DNA from: Myxococcota bacterium
GTDB lineage: Bacteria; Myxococcota_A; Polyangia; Polyangiales; Sandaracinaceae
Direction of reading: 5' to 3'
Assembly (NCBI GenBank): GCA_036149055.1
Contig: JAYZQJ010000004.1
Span: 1-64,000, forward strand
Length of the DNA stretch: 64,000 bases
The notes below the pieces were generated by a model, which worked only from the letters and a program-made list of their open reading frames with translations, was not told where the DNA came from and did not search any database. Below are positions 1 to 9,186 of this stretch, piece after piece. Each line of letters starts with the position of its first letter. The stretch's first letter is position 1. The position numbers were made by a program, and so were the translations under genes.

Positions 1-122
1 GCCCCCAGCGCCCCGTCGCTGGGGTCGCGGCGCGAGCGCGAAGCGCGAGGCGCCGACGGAGTCGGGAGGGGGGCCCCATTGGCGCTTTGCCCAATGGGGG
101 GAGGGTTTGCACCAAACCCTCC
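1..122 (-). repeat. Multi-hairpin dispersed repeat (REP/MITE-like), copy 1, cut off by the window edge
   Basis: Reverse complement matches 52353-52474 at 121/122 nt; hairpins GGAGGGTTTG-GTG-CAAACCCTCC and CCCCATTGG-N8-CCAATGGGG. Confidence 0.9.
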
Positions 123-133
123 GAAAAGAGAGC

Positions 134-931
134 TCAGCCGTAGCGTTTGGTGTGCTTGACCAGGGTGTTCTCGGTCTTGGCGAGGGCGGACTCGAGGCTG
201 GAGACCAGCTCGGGGCCGCCGCGGCGGAGGGTGGCGGAGTGCGCGGCGCAGACGTGCTGGAGGTCGCGCGCCTCGTCGATGAGGCCGCGGGCCCACTCGC
301 GGAAGTCGCGGGCCGCGCCGGGCCTCGGCTCGAGGGACTTGCCGAGCGCGGGGTGGAAGCGGAGCACGTCGCGCTTGAGCCACCGGATCGGGCGCGGGAG
401 CTTCACGTAGACGAGCGTGTCGTCCACGTGCAGCGTGCTCGACGCGTCGTGGATCGCCAGCACCGAGCCGAAGTGCACGTTCGGGTCGTCGGTCACCAGC
501 TGCACGCCGCGGGGCACGGTGAAGCGGAGCGTGTCGGCGAAGCGCGCGCGGATCGCGTCGCCCTCGGTGGTCTCCTCTTCCCAGGGGAGGTCGGGGGCCT
601 TCTCGCGGTGGCGCTCGGTCCCGTAGAGGGCCGCGCGCGGGTAGCGCTCGTGCATCTCGCGCACGCTGACCGTGTGGAACGGGTGCAGGTGCAGCACCGC
701 CTCGAGCTTCGCGCCCCCCTCGGTGATCGCGTCGAGCCAGCGCGCCACGTCGCCCTCGACGCCGCACGCGTCGAGCAGCAGGTAGCCGCCGCCGGGGCGT
801 CGCACGAGCGACGCCTGCGTCCCGAGGTCGACCCCGAGCAGGCGGAACGAGCCGCGGATGTTGAAGAAGCCGGCGCCGAGCTCGAGCACGCCGTCCGGGA
901 CCGTCGCCACGTCGTTCACGGCCCCACCCAT
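134..931 (-). CDS. Conserved hypothetical protein, metallo-beta-lactamase-like fold
   Basis: HLHPFH motif, HVDDT, late CAAH; normal protein composition; start may be GTG at 919. Confidence 0.6.
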   Translation of the reverse strand: MGGAVNDVATVPDGVLELGAGFFNIRGSFRLLGVDLGTQASLVRRPGGGYLLLDACGVEGDVARWLDAITEGGAKLEAVLHLHPFHTVSVREMHERYPRAALYGTERHREKAPDLPWEEETTEGDAIRARFADTLRFTVPRGVQLVTDDPNVHFGSVLAIHDASSTLHVDDTLVYVKLPRPIRWLKRDVLRFHPALGKSLEPRPGAARDFREWARGLIDEARDLQHVCAAHSATLRRGGPELVSSLESALAKTENTLVKHTKRYG

Positions 932-984
932 GGGTCACGGAACCCCGCTCGGCAAGTACGGCGCGTTCGGCTACGCTGGCGAGC

Positions 985-1857
985 GTGTCTGCGTACCGTG
1001 CGTCCGCTGCCAGCTGGACTCTCCCCGTCATCGCTCCCGAGCGGGTGGCAGCGCGTCGCCTCGCGAGCCTGGTCATCGGGCTGCTGGTGACCGCCGTGCT
1101 CTTCACGGGAGTGGGCTGGCTGCAGCTGGCGGCGGACCTCGAGGGCCCGGTGATGGTCCTCTCCGCGGTGGCGTCCGTGATCGCGCTCGAGGTGGCGCGG
1201 CGGCTCTCCACCGTGCCCGACGGGGCGCTCCGCGCGACGTCGCTGTCGGCGGAGGCCGGAGGCCGGCTCGTCGTCGGCGCGCGCACGATGCGGGTCCGCT
1301 CCTTCGTCTACGACTGCGTCGAGGAGCTCCTCTGGGTGCGCACGCACCTCGGCCTGCCGCTCACCGTCGTCAAGGCCCGCCGGGAGGAGGCGTGGGAGAT
1401 CGTGCAGGCCCTGCAGCGACCGGAGCTCGGCCTCCGCAGCCTGCGCGGGGCGTCCGGCGTGGTCGCGCTGCCCTGGGTCGGCTTCCCGCTCACGCTGGCC
1501 GTGGTGTTCGGCGCCGTCGCCGGGATCGCGCTCGCCTTCGTCGCGCCTCCGTGGATCGGCGCGCCGGTGTGCGCGGTCGCCCTCGGGCTGGCCGTGTTCG
1601 CGCTCTGGCCGGCGTATCTGCACGTGAACGAGGAGCGCGTGGAGTGGCGCTGGTGGCGCTGGACGCGTCGGGTGCCGTTGGCCTCGATCGCGGCGGTGCG
1701 GGTCTCCAACGAGACGCTCGAGCTGGTGGAGCGGGGCGGCCGGTCGCGTCGCTTCCGCATGCGGCACGACTTCGGCGGCAGGTGGGGCGACCCCGAGGGG
1801 GCGACGGCGCTGCGGGTGTTCGCGGACCAGATCGAGGCGCTGCGCGCGGAGCCGTGA
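985..1857 (+). CDS. Membrane protein with two TM pairs, each followed by a PH-like domain
   Basis: Hydrophobic helices; C-terminal 'RVPLASIAAVRV...LELVERGG' is typical of bPH-like domains. Confidence 0.55.
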   Translation: MSAYRASAASWTLPVIAPERVAARRLASLVIGLLVTAVLFTGVGWLQLAADLEGPVMVLSAVASVIALEVARRLSTVPDGALRATSLSAEAGGRLVVGARTMRVRSFVYDCVEELLWVRTHLGLPLTVVKARREEAWEIVQALQRPELGLRSLRGASGVVALPWVGFPLTLAVVFGAVAGIALAFVAPPWIGAPVCAVALGLAVFALWPAYLHVNEERVEWRWWRWTRRVPLASIAAVRVSNETLELVERGGRSRRFRMRHDFGGRWGDPEGATALRVFADQIEALRAEP

Positions 1858-1895
1858 GGTGGAGTGCCGGGCGCCTCGCGGCGCCCGGCCATCCG

Positions 1896-2249
1896 TCAAG
1901 GCCCGGTGCACGCCTCGCTGCCCGGGTTGTCCGTGCAGAACGCCACGAAGCAGCTGGTGAGCGCCGAGGTCTCGGCCTCGCAGCCGCCCGTCTCGCAGGC
2001 CGCGCGCCCGTCGGTGCAGCTCACGACGGCGTCGAAGTCGCCCTCGCAGCCCGCGGTGACCGCGTTGGCCCGGGCGGTGACGCGCGCCTCCGCCTGGTCG
2101 TCGCAGCTCATCTCGCAGTCCACCGACTCGTTCACGCAGCCCATGTCCTTGCCCTGCTCGCAGCGCGAGATGCAGGCGTCACCGTCGCACCCGAGCAGGC
2201 CCAACAGGCCCATCGAGGCGACCACCAGGGCGATCGTCATCTTCCTCAT
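1896..2249 (-). CDS. Small Cys-rich lipoprotein
   Basis: Lipobox LLGC after a hydrophobic signal; multiple Cys. Confidence 0.65.
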   Translation of the reverse strand: MRKMTIALVVASMGLLGLLGCDGDACISRCEQGKDMGCVNESVDCEMSCDDQAEARVTARANAVTAGCEGDFDAVVSCTDGRAACETGGCEAETSALTSCFVAFCTDNPGSEACTGP

Positions 2250-2327
2250 CACGTTCCCTCCCATGCCCCGCGCGTGCGGGACCCGCCGACGATACGCACC
2301 GACGGCGCTCACAGGCAACGAACGCGA

Positions 2328-3068
2328 TCAGCGTGCTCGGGCGGGGAACCGGTCCTCGAAGAGCCCGTCGCGCCACTCGAGCAGGTCGGCGTACTCCTCG
2401 GCCAGGCCCTCGTCCGTCCAGCAGGCGCGGCTCGCGTCGCCGAGGTGATCCCAGCGGGCGCCCGGGGGGCGGACGCAGGCGAGCGCGGCCGCCATCGCCA
2501 CGTCGGCGAAGGTGAAGCGGTCGCCCACGAGGAAGGGATCTCCGTCGAGCGCCTCCCGGAGCGTCGCGAGGCCCCGCTCGATCACCTCGCGGCCTCCGGC
2601 GCGGTCGCTGCCGTACTTCCTGGCCAGGAAGCGCGCGCCCATCTTGCCCACCGGGACCAGCAGCGGACCCAGCACGCGCGGCCCGGGCACCGACTCGAGC
2701 AGCGCCTCCCTCGAGGCGAGGCTCCGCTCGATCACCCGCGCGCGCCCCGCGTCGAGCACCTCGTCGGCGATGTCGTTCCAGCGCTCGATCTCGGCCTCGA
2801 GCCCGGGCGGGAAGAGAGGCTCGCCTTCGCCATGCGCGTCGGCCCACCGCGCGATCGCGTCGCTCTCCATCACCGCGCCCGCCTCGGTCAGCAGGATCGG
2901 GACGCTCACCTTGCCGGACCACCTCCCGGTGCGGAGCCGGAGCAGCGGCTCGCCGAGCATCGGCAGGTGGGTGCCGAGCCGGTAGCGCACCCGGTGGTGG
3001 TCCAGCGCCCACTTCGCCTTCAGCGACCAGGGCGAGTAGGGCAGCGAGACGAGGTGGGGACGCGACAT
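2328..3068 (-). CDS. Glutathione S-transferase family protein
   Basis: SPWS..A.WAL, VPIL..E.G..MESDAIARW, FLVGDRFTFADV. Confidence 0.85.
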   Translation of the reverse strand: MSRPHLVSLPYSPWSLKAKWALDHHRVRYRLGTHLPMLGEPLLRLRTGRWSGKVSVPILLTEAGAVMESDAIARWADAHGEGEPLFPPGLEAEIERWNDIADEVLDAGRARVIERSLASREALLESVPGPRVLGPLLVPVGKMGARFLARKYGSDRAGGREVIERGLATLREALDGDPFLVGDRFTFADVAMAAALACVRPPGARWDHLGDASRACWTDEGLAEEYADLLEWRDGLFEDRFPARAR

Positions 3069-3093
3069 GGCGGTCCATGCTAGACGACCGGCG

Positions 3094-3951
3094 ATGGCTG
3101 GGAAGATTCAAAAGGTGGCGGTGCTCGGCGCCGGGACGATGGGACACGGCGTGGCGCAGGTCTGCGCGATGGCGGGCATGGACGTGTGGATGCGCGACCT
3201 GACCGACGACGTGCTGGCGCGCGGCGTGACCGGCATCGAGAGGTCGCTCGCGAAGCTCGCCGAGAAGGGGAAGATCACGGACGCCGAGCGCGACGCCGCG
3301 CGCGCCCGGATCCAGACCACCACCGACCTGAAGGGCGCGGTCGCCGAGGTCGATCTGGTCGTCGAGGCGATCCCCGAGAAGATGGAGCTGAAGCTCGAGA
3401 CGTTCGCGGCGCTCGGCGAGCACGCGCCGAAGCACGCCATCCTCGGCACCAACACCTCGTCGCTCAGCGTCACCGAGATCGCGGGCGCCAGCGGCGACCC
3501 GGGCCGGGTGGTCGGCCTCCACTTCTTCAACCCGGTGCCGCTCATGAAGCTGCTCGAGATCGTGCGCGGCCTGTCCACGCGCGACGAGAGCGTCGAGGCC
3601 GCGCGGGCGTTCGCGGAGACGATCGGCAAGGAGCCGATCGTGGTGAAGGACTTCCCGGGCTTCGCGACCAGCCGCCTCGGCGTGATCCTCGGCGTCGAGG
3701 CGATCCGCATGCTCGAGAGCGGGGTGGCGAGCGCCGAGGACATCGACAAGGCGATGGAGCTCGGCTACCGGCACCCGATGGGCCCGCTCAAGCTCGGCGA
3801 CCTGGTCGGGCTCGACGTGCGCCTCGCGATCCTGGAGCACCTCCACAAGGAGCTCGGCGAGCAGTTCCGGCCCCCGGCGCTCCTCCGCCAGATGGTCCGC
3901 GCCGGCAAGCTCGGCCGGAAGTCGGGCGAAGGTTTCTACAAATACGGTTGA
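3094..3951 (+). CDS. 3-hydroxybutyryl-CoA / 3-hydroxyacyl-CoA dehydrogenase
   Basis: GAGTMGHG Rossmann motif, EAIPE, NTSSL, GLHFFNP, HPMGP, LGRKSGEGFYKY. Confidence 0.92.
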   Translation: MAGKIQKVAVLGAGTMGHGVAQVCAMAGMDVWMRDLTDDVLARGVTGIERSLAKLAEKGKITDAERDAARARIQTTTDLKGAVAEVDLVVEAIPEKMELKLETFAALGEHAPKHAILGTNTSSLSVTEIAGASGDPGRVVGLHFFNPVPLMKLLEIVRGLSTRDESVEAARAFAETIGKEPIVVKDFPGFATSRLGVILGVEAIRMLESGVASAEDIDKAMELGYRHPMGPLKLGDLVGLDVRLAILEHLHKELGEQFRPPALLRQMVRAGKLGRKSGEGFYKYG

Positions 3952-4055
3952 GGCGGTTCGCAACGGGTGCGCGCGCCGATTCCCTGGGCGTGCGGTTTCG
4001 CCTCACTCGTGCGCAGGTGCGCGTCGGCCCCGCGCCGATCCGAGGGGCCGACGGT

Positions 4056-4070
4056 TGGCACGGCGAGTGC
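4056..4070 (+). promoter_or_regulatory. Putative sigma54 -24/-12 promoter
   Basis: TGGCACGGCGAGTGC (GG-N10-GC) upstream of the acetyltransferase. Confidence 0.55.
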
Positions 4071-4111
4071 GCTACCTCGGGGCGTCTGAAGCACCGAGGA
4101 GGACCCCCACC

Positions 4112-4792
4112 ATGGCAGCCCAGGATCAGAGCGCTCGCGACGACCACGCGAACGTCGTCGATCTTCACGACCCGTCGCGCGGACGTGCGCAGCGTCGGGA
4201 CAGCAGCATCCGACCCCGCGTCACGACCGTGGAGCCGGGGGATCTGTCGGGGACGAGGAACCAGAACCCCGAGGGCGTCTCGCTCCGCGATCTCGTGCTC
4301 GAGGACTTCCGCACGCACGACTCGGATCCGAGCCAGCTCGGCTTCTGGGCCCTGGCCGTGCACCGCTTCGGCAACTGGCGCATGGGCGTCCAGAACCCGA
4401 AGGTGCGGACCGGCCTGAGCGCCGTCTACAAGACGCTGTACCAGGGGGTGACGATCGCCACCGGCATCGACCTGCCCTACGCCACCAAGATCGGCCGGCG
4501 AGTGCGCTTCTGGCACCACGGCGGCACCGTCATCTCGGCCCGCGCGGTCGGGGACGACGTGACCTTCCGGCACAACACGACGGTCGGCGTCGCCCGCACC
4601 GACGCCCCGGTGAACGAGAAGCCGGTGATCGGGAACCGCGTCGACGTCGGCGTCGGCGCCGCGATCCTCGGCCCCATCGAGGTCGCCGACGACACCGCGA
4701 TCGGCGCCAACGCGGTGGTGGTGAAGAGCAACCTCCCGGGCGAGGTCCTCGTCGGCATCCCGGCCAAGCCGCTGAAGAAGAAGAAGCGGTGA
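4112..4792 (+). CDS. Serine O-acetyltransferase-like hexapeptide acyltransferase
   Basis: GIDLPYATKIG, HHGGTVI, PVIGNRVDVGVGAAILG, IGANAVV, GIPAKP; RBS GAGGAGGA. Confidence 0.85.
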   Translation: MAAQDQSARDDHANVVDLHDPSRGRAQRRDSSIRPRVTTVEPGDLSGTRNQNPEGVSLRDLVLEDFRTHDSDPSQLGFWALAVHRFGNWRMGVQNPKVRTGLSAVYKTLYQGVTIATGIDLPYATKIGRRVRFWHHGGTVISARAVGDDVTFRHNTTVGVARTDAPVNEKPVIGNRVDVGVGAAILGPIEVADDTAIGANAVVVKSNLPGEVLVGIPAKPLKKKKR

Positions 4793-4826
4793 GGCCGCCG
4801 TCGCGGATCGGATCTACCCTCCGGTC

Positions 4827-5252
4827 ATGCGACGCGCCCTCATCGCCCTGACCCTCCTCCTCGGCGCCTGCGGCGGAGACGCCGCCGAGGCCCTCCCCGC
4901 GGACGAGGCCCGCGAGCAGCTCCTCGACCGCAACTGGATCGACGTCTGGCCCGAGTCGAAGGACGAGCAGCTCCACGTCTACCGCTTCGTGCCCTCGATG
5001 GGCGGCGGCGTCTTCCAGGACCGCACCGTCTTCGAGGGCCGCTTCGAGCTGTTCCAGTTCGAGGCGACCGGCGACGAGATCCGCTTCCACTTCCCGGGGC
5101 CGGAGGAGCGCGAGACCCGCGCCTACCGCATCGAGCCGGTCGACGGCCCGGCGCCCTTCACCCACCGCCTGGTCATCGAAGACGACCCCCGCGGCCCGGG
5201 CACCTACTACGGCTGGAACGAGCGCCAGACGGCCTCGCCGTTCCTGCAGTGA
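4827..5252 (+). CDS. Lipoprotein, hypothetical
   Basis: Signal peptide with LGAC lipobox. Confidence 0.7.
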   Translation: MRRALIALTLLLGACGGDAAEALPADEAREQLLDRNWIDVWPESKDEQLHVYRFVPSMGGGVFQDRTVFEGRFELFQFEATGDEIRFHFPGPEERETRAYRIEPVDGPAPFTHRLVIEDDPRGPGTYYGWNERQTASPFLQ

Positions 5253-5605
5253 GGACGCGGCTGGGGTGGGGCTGGGGCGTGATCGCGGCCGGCGCGCTCG
5301 CGTTGACCTGGACCCAGAACGTGCAGTGGATGGCGGCCAACCCGGACGCGTCGCCCCTGAAGTTCGTCACCGACGGCTTCGTGAACCACGCCGCCGCGAG
5401 CCTGAGCTGGGACCTCGTGGCGCTGACCACCGCCTGCGTGATCTTCATGGCGCTCCAGGCCCGCGAGCACGGCGTCCGCCATCTCTGGGCCTACGTGCTC
5501 TTCTCGTTCGTCGTCGCCATCTCGGTCACCTTCCCGCTCTTTCTCTGGGCCCGCGAGCGCGCGATGGCTCGCGCTACGGATCGGCCGCGCAGCGGAACCC
5601 CGTGA
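5249..5605 (+). CDS. DUF2834-like small membrane protein
   Basis: N.AAASLSWDL, C-terminal S..FPLFL..RER; 4-nt overlap with upstream gene. Confidence 0.7.
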   Translation: MRTRLGWGWGVIAAGALALTWTQNVQWMAANPDASPLKFVTDGFVNHAAASLSWDLVALTTACVIFMALQAREHGVRHLWAYVLFSFVVAISVTFPLFLWARERAMARATDRPRSGTP

Positions 5606-6380
5606 ATTCGTCGTGATCGGTGGGCGCGATCGCGGCGCCGATCATCTTCGCGGCCGGGTCGTCGTCGCCCCAGGCGGCGCCGAGCACCGGTCGTCGCGGG
5701 TCGGCCGGATCGAGGGGCGCGCACCACTCGGCGACGTTGCCGCCGAGGTCCTGTACGCCCTCCGGCGTCGCGCCCGCCGGGAACGCCCCGACCGGCGCGG
5801 TGCCCGCCCAGCCGTCGTCCAGCGGCGCGCGGCGGGGGACCGGCACGAGCGCGTCGGGGGTCTCGGTCCCGAGCACGTTGGCGCGCGTCGCGTCGAGGGG
5901 CGCGCCGCCCCAGGGCATCGGCCGGGCGTCCGGGCCGCGCGCCGCCCACTCCCACTCGAGGGCGGTCGGCAGCCGGGCGCCACGCCACGCGCAGAAGGCC
6001 TCCGCCTGCGCGAACGTGACGCAGTTGATCGGATGGTCGGCCGCGCCCTCGCGTCCCGCGTTGCACGCCGCGCTCCCCGCCTGCTCGCCCGCGCCGTACG
6101 AGATCGTCCGCGCCGCCTCGGGGCACGCGCCGTCGGCCACGCAGCGCGCGTAGGCCCGGACGGTGACCTCGGTGCGATCCAGGCAGAGCGCGTCGACCGC
6201 CACCGCCCCGTGCGCGGGCATGCCCGACCAGCGGTTCCCGGGCGACGGCGCGGTCGTGCCGGCGGCGACGGCGACCATGCCCTCCGGGCAGGGCGCGGAC
6301 GCGGACGTGGAGGGCGCGGGCGGCGCGGGCGCGCCGCAGCCGAGGGCCGCCGCGAAGACGAGCGCTCGAGCGGTCCTCAC
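5574..6380 (-). CDS. Formylglycine-generating enzyme (FGE-sulfatase/SUMF1) domain lipoprotein
   Basis: DRTEVT, HPINCV, LPT..EWEWAARG, DLGGNVAEW, GFRC; GTG start overlaps the upstream stop. Confidence 0.85.
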   Translation of the reverse strand: MRTARALVFAAALGCGAPAPPAPSTSASAPCPEGMVAVAAGTTAPSPGNRWSGMPAHGAVAVDALCLDRTEVTVRAYARCVADGACPEAARTISYGAGEQAGSAACNAGREGAADHPINCVTFAQAEAFCAWRGARLPTALEWEWAARGPDARPMPWGGAPLDATRANVLGTETPDALVPVPRRAPLDDGWAGTAPVGAFPAGATPEGVQDLGGNVAEWCAPLDPADPRRPVLGAAWGDDDPAAKMIGAAIAPTDHDEFTGFRCAADP

Positions 6381-7300
6381 GAGCTCGGCGGTGTCGCGCC
6401 CACGAGCGGGCGGATCGTGTCGACGAGCGTGCGCACGCAGGCGTCGATCACCATCGCGTTCGCCTCCGCGTCGTCGGGCTCCTGGGAGCGCCGGCACCCG
6501 CCGCTGCTGTCCGCCCATTCGACGCACGTCAGGCCCCCGAAGGTGTTGTACCCGCACCGGAAGCCGTCGTCCTGGCCGGCGATGCGGAGCTGGCCGTAGC
6601 TCCGGGAGTGGCGCGCGCGCTCGGGCCCGCGCGGGAAGATCACCGGCTCGGGGAAGAGGTCGCTGGCGATCGTGCGGTTCTCGCCCGACCAGACGACGTC
6701 CCCCGTCGCGGTGCGGATCAGCGCGGCGTCGACCGCGACCTGTAGCGGCTGGACGCGCGCGACCCGGCAGCCGGGCGGGCCGTTGTGGACCGCGATCGGG
6801 GCGTCCGCGTAGCCGATGCGCGAGTCGCGAACGAGCAGCGCGAGGTCGGCGTCGATCGCCGGGGCCAGCTCGGCCGCCAGATCGAGCAGGGTGAGGTCGC
6901 CGCGCTGCTGGGCCCGCGCCTCGACCCGCGCGACGACCTCCGGGTTCTGCAGCGCCGCGAGCAGCGCGCTCGAGTCGACGGGGGTGAGCCCGAGGCTCAG
7001 CAGGTGCCGCTGGAACGCGGAGTCGACCGCGTCGTACGCGGACAGGTAGGCGGTGATCTCGGCCTGCGCCGTCGGCTGGGCGTCGTTCGGCTTGGTCGGG
7101 TCGGCGGGGCCGTAGCCGAACGCCACCAGCAGGTCCGGGCTCAGCACCATCACCCGCCGGTTTCCGGCGTCGAACGCGGCCCCCGCGCTCCGCGGCGTCA
7201 TCGGCGTCGTCGGGTGCCCGATCGTCGTGATGGTGATGCCCGGCCCGCCGCAGCCGGCGGCGATCAGGGAGAGCAGGAGGACGAGGCGAAGGCGCTGCAT
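6377..7300 (-). CDS. Lipoprotein, hypothetical
   Basis: MQRLRLVLLLSLIAAGC lipobox; 'LIRTATGDVVWSG' resembles CsgG/LpoB-like folds. Confidence 0.65.
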   Translation of the reverse strand: MQRLRLVLLLSLIAAGCGGPGITITTIGHPTTPMTPRSAGAAFDAGNRRVMVLSPDLLVAFGYGPADPTKPNDAQPTAQAEITAYLSAYDAVDSAFQRHLLSLGLTPVDSSALLAALQNPEVVARVEARAQQRGDLTLLDLAAELAPAIDADLALLVRDSRIGYADAPIAVHNGPPGCRVARVQPLQVAVDAALIRTATGDVVWSGENRTIASDLFPEPVIFPRGPERARHSRSYGQLRIAGQDDGFRCGYNTFGGLTCVEWADSSGGCRRSQEPDDAEANAMVIDACVRTLVDTIRPLVGATPPSS

Positions 7301-7347
7301 GCGCCGAGGATCGACGCTCGGTCCCCGGAGGGCAAGCCTGGCCGCGC

Positions 7348-7656
7348 TCAGGCAGCGGCGGCGCGATCGGTCAGCCGGCCGGTGCGGGAGACCCAGAGAT
7401 CGAAGGCCAGCGTGCCGAGCGGCGGGAAGGCGGCGGCGAGGCCGGCGGCGGTGACGGGCAGGTTCCAGCCGAAGCGCCTCGCGGCGAGCAGGGTGATCGG
7501 CACGTAGGCGACGAACGCCGCGCCGTGCAGGGCGCCGAAGATGCGCACGCCGATCGTGTCGCCGGTGAGGACGTACTTGAAGAGCATGCCCACGAGCAGG
7601 CCCACCCAGGTGAGGGCCTCGAGGATCGCGATGGCGCGAAAAGCGACGGCGGTCAT
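7348..7656 (-). CDS. DUF3817 family membrane protein
   Basis: FR.IA.LEA.TW..LL.GM..KY, G..HG..F..Y, PP.GT. Confidence 0.8.
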   Translation of the reverse strand: MTAVAFRAIAILEALTWVGLLVGMLFKYVLTGDTIGVRIFGALHGAAFVAYVPITLLAARRFGWNLPVTAAGLAAAFPPLGTLAFDLWVSRTGRLTDRAAAA

Positions 7657-7682
7657 GGCCCGGAGGATGGGGCGGAAAGAGG

Positions 7683-7712
7683 CTGCGTCCATCCCGAAAC
7701 CAGCCCGTCTTC
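7683..7712 (+). promoter_or_regulatory. Putative ECF (SigZ-type) promoter upstream of arsM
   Basis: CTGCGTCCATCCCG-N8-CCGTCTTC, same motif and spacing as at 8568-8597. Confidence 0.65.
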
Positions 7713-7733
7713 CAGGTCAGAAGGAGGCCAGAC

Positions 7734-8537
7734 ATGGAACAGGAAGAGATCAGGAAGACGGTTCGAGACCACTACGCGGAGGTCGCTCGGACCGACGGCG
7801 CGGTCGGCTGCGCGCCGAGCTGCTGCGCCCCCGGCGCCGAGGGATCGCTGGCGCTGGGCTACTCCGAGGCGGACCTCGCGGCGGTGCCCGAGGGCGCCAA
7901 CATGGGGCTCGGCTGCGGCAACCCGCAGGCGATCGCCCGGCTCCGCGAGGGCGAGACCGTGATCGACCTCGGGAGCGGCGGCGGCTTCGACTGCTTCCTC
8001 GCCAGCCAGCAGGTGGGCGCGGAGGGGAAGGTGATCGGCGTCGACATGACGAGCGAGATGATCGAGAAGGCGCGCCGGAACGCCGAGAAGCTCGGCGCCG
8101 ACAACGTCGAGTTCCGGCTCGGCGAGATCGAGTCGCTGCCCGTCGCCGACGGAGTCGCCGACGTCATCCTCTCGAACTGCGTCATCAACCTGTCGCCGGC
8201 CAAGGAGCGGGTCTTCGCGGAGGCGTTTCGGGCGCTCGCGCCCGGCGGCCGGCTGGCCATCTCCGACGTGGTCGCGCTGAAGCCGATCCCGCCCGCGCTG
8301 ATGGAGCAGGCGATCGCGCTGAGCGGCTGTGTGTCCGGCGCGGCCCAGGCGGCGGACGTGGAGCGCATGCTGGTGGAGGCCGGCTTCGAGCAGGTGAAGG
8401 TCGAGGTCCGCCCCGAGAGCCGCGCGTTCATCGCCGGCTGGCTCCCCGGCAGCGGCGCCGAGGAGTACGTCGCGTCGGCGACCATCGAGGCGATCAAGCC
8501 GGGCGGCGCCTGCTGCCCGCCGACCTGCTGCGGGTAG
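7734..8537 (+). CDS. arsM: Arsenite S-adenosylmethionine methyltransferase
   Basis: GLGCGNP, DLGSGGGFD, GVDMT, SNCVINL, GCVSGA; N- and C-terminal vicinal Cys; RBS AAGGAGG. Confidence 0.92.
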   Translation: MEQEEIRKTVRDHYAEVARTDGAVGCAPSCCAPGAEGSLALGYSEADLAAVPEGANMGLGCGNPQAIARLREGETVIDLGSGGGFDCFLASQQVGAEGKVIGVDMTSEMIEKARRNAEKLGADNVEFRLGEIESLPVADGVADVILSNCVINLSPAKERVFAEAFRALAPGGRLAISDVVALKPIPPALMEQAIALSGCVSGAAQAADVERMLVEAGFEQVKVEVRPESRAFIAGWLPGSGAEEYVASATIEAIKPGGACCPPTCCG

Positions 8538-8567
8538 CGCGCTATCCTGGAGGAGGGCGCAGAAAGT

Positions 8568-8597
8568 CTGCGTCCATCCCGGAGATGGGCCGTCTTC
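8568..8597 (+). promoter_or_regulatory. Putative autoregulatory ECF promoter upstream of the sigZ-like gene
   Basis: Second copy of CTGCGTCCATCCCG-N8-CCGTCTTC. Confidence 0.65.
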
Positions 8598-8610
8598 TCG
8601 GTCGAGAGCC

Positions 8611-9183
8611 ATGCAGACAGGAGACACCACCCCCCACGCTCCGCCCGCCTGGGCGGAGCTCTCCACTCGCCTCCGCCCCTTCGTCCGGAGGCGGGTGGAC
8701 AGCGACGTCGACGCCGACGACGTGCTCCAGGACGTGCTGCTCAAGGCGCACCGGAGCCTCGGGGACCTGCGGGACGACGACCGCCTCGAGGCGTGGCTGT
8801 ACCGGGTGGCGCGCACGTCCATCGCCGACCACCTCCGGGCCCGGCAGCGTCACCCGCTCACCCGCCGCGAGGCGCCCGAGGCGGCGCACGAGCCGTTCGC
8901 CGAGGACGACGACGCGGTCGCGCGCGAGGTCGCGCTCTACGTGCGGCTCTTCGTGCCGCTGCTCCCGGAGCCCTACCGGGAGGCGATCGAGCTGGTGGAG
9001 CTCGAGGGGCTGACCCACCGGGAGGCGGCGGAGCGGCTGGGCATCTCGGTGTCGGGCATGAAGTCCCGCGTCCAGCGCGGCCGGGCCAAGCTCCGGCAGC
9101 TCCTCGAGGCCTGCTGCGAGATCGCCCTCGACGCCCGCGGCAAGCCGGTCTCCTGCGAGCCGCGCGGGGGCGACTGTTGCTGA
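8611..9183 (+). CDS. sigZ: ECF sigma factor, SigZ-like, with Cys-rich C-terminal tail
   Basis: DDVLQDV, AWLYRVAR, region 4 'A.RLGISVSGMKSRVQRGR', tail CC..ALDARG..SC...CC. Confidence 0.8.
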   Translation: MQTGDTTPHAPPAWAELSTRLRPFVRRRVDSDVDADDVLQDVLLKAHRSLGDLRDDDRLEAWLYRVARTSIADHLRARQRHPLTRREAPEAAHEPFAEDDDAVAREVALYVRLFVPLLPEPYREAIELVELEGLTHREAAERLGISVSGMKSRVQRGRAKLRQLLEACCEIALDARGKPVSCEPRGGDCC

Positions 9184-9186
9184 GCG

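Noticed and set aside
4112..4792. Assigning cysE
   Set aside because: It lacks the typical CysE N-terminal helical domain context and could be a polysaccharide acetyltransferase; left unnamed.
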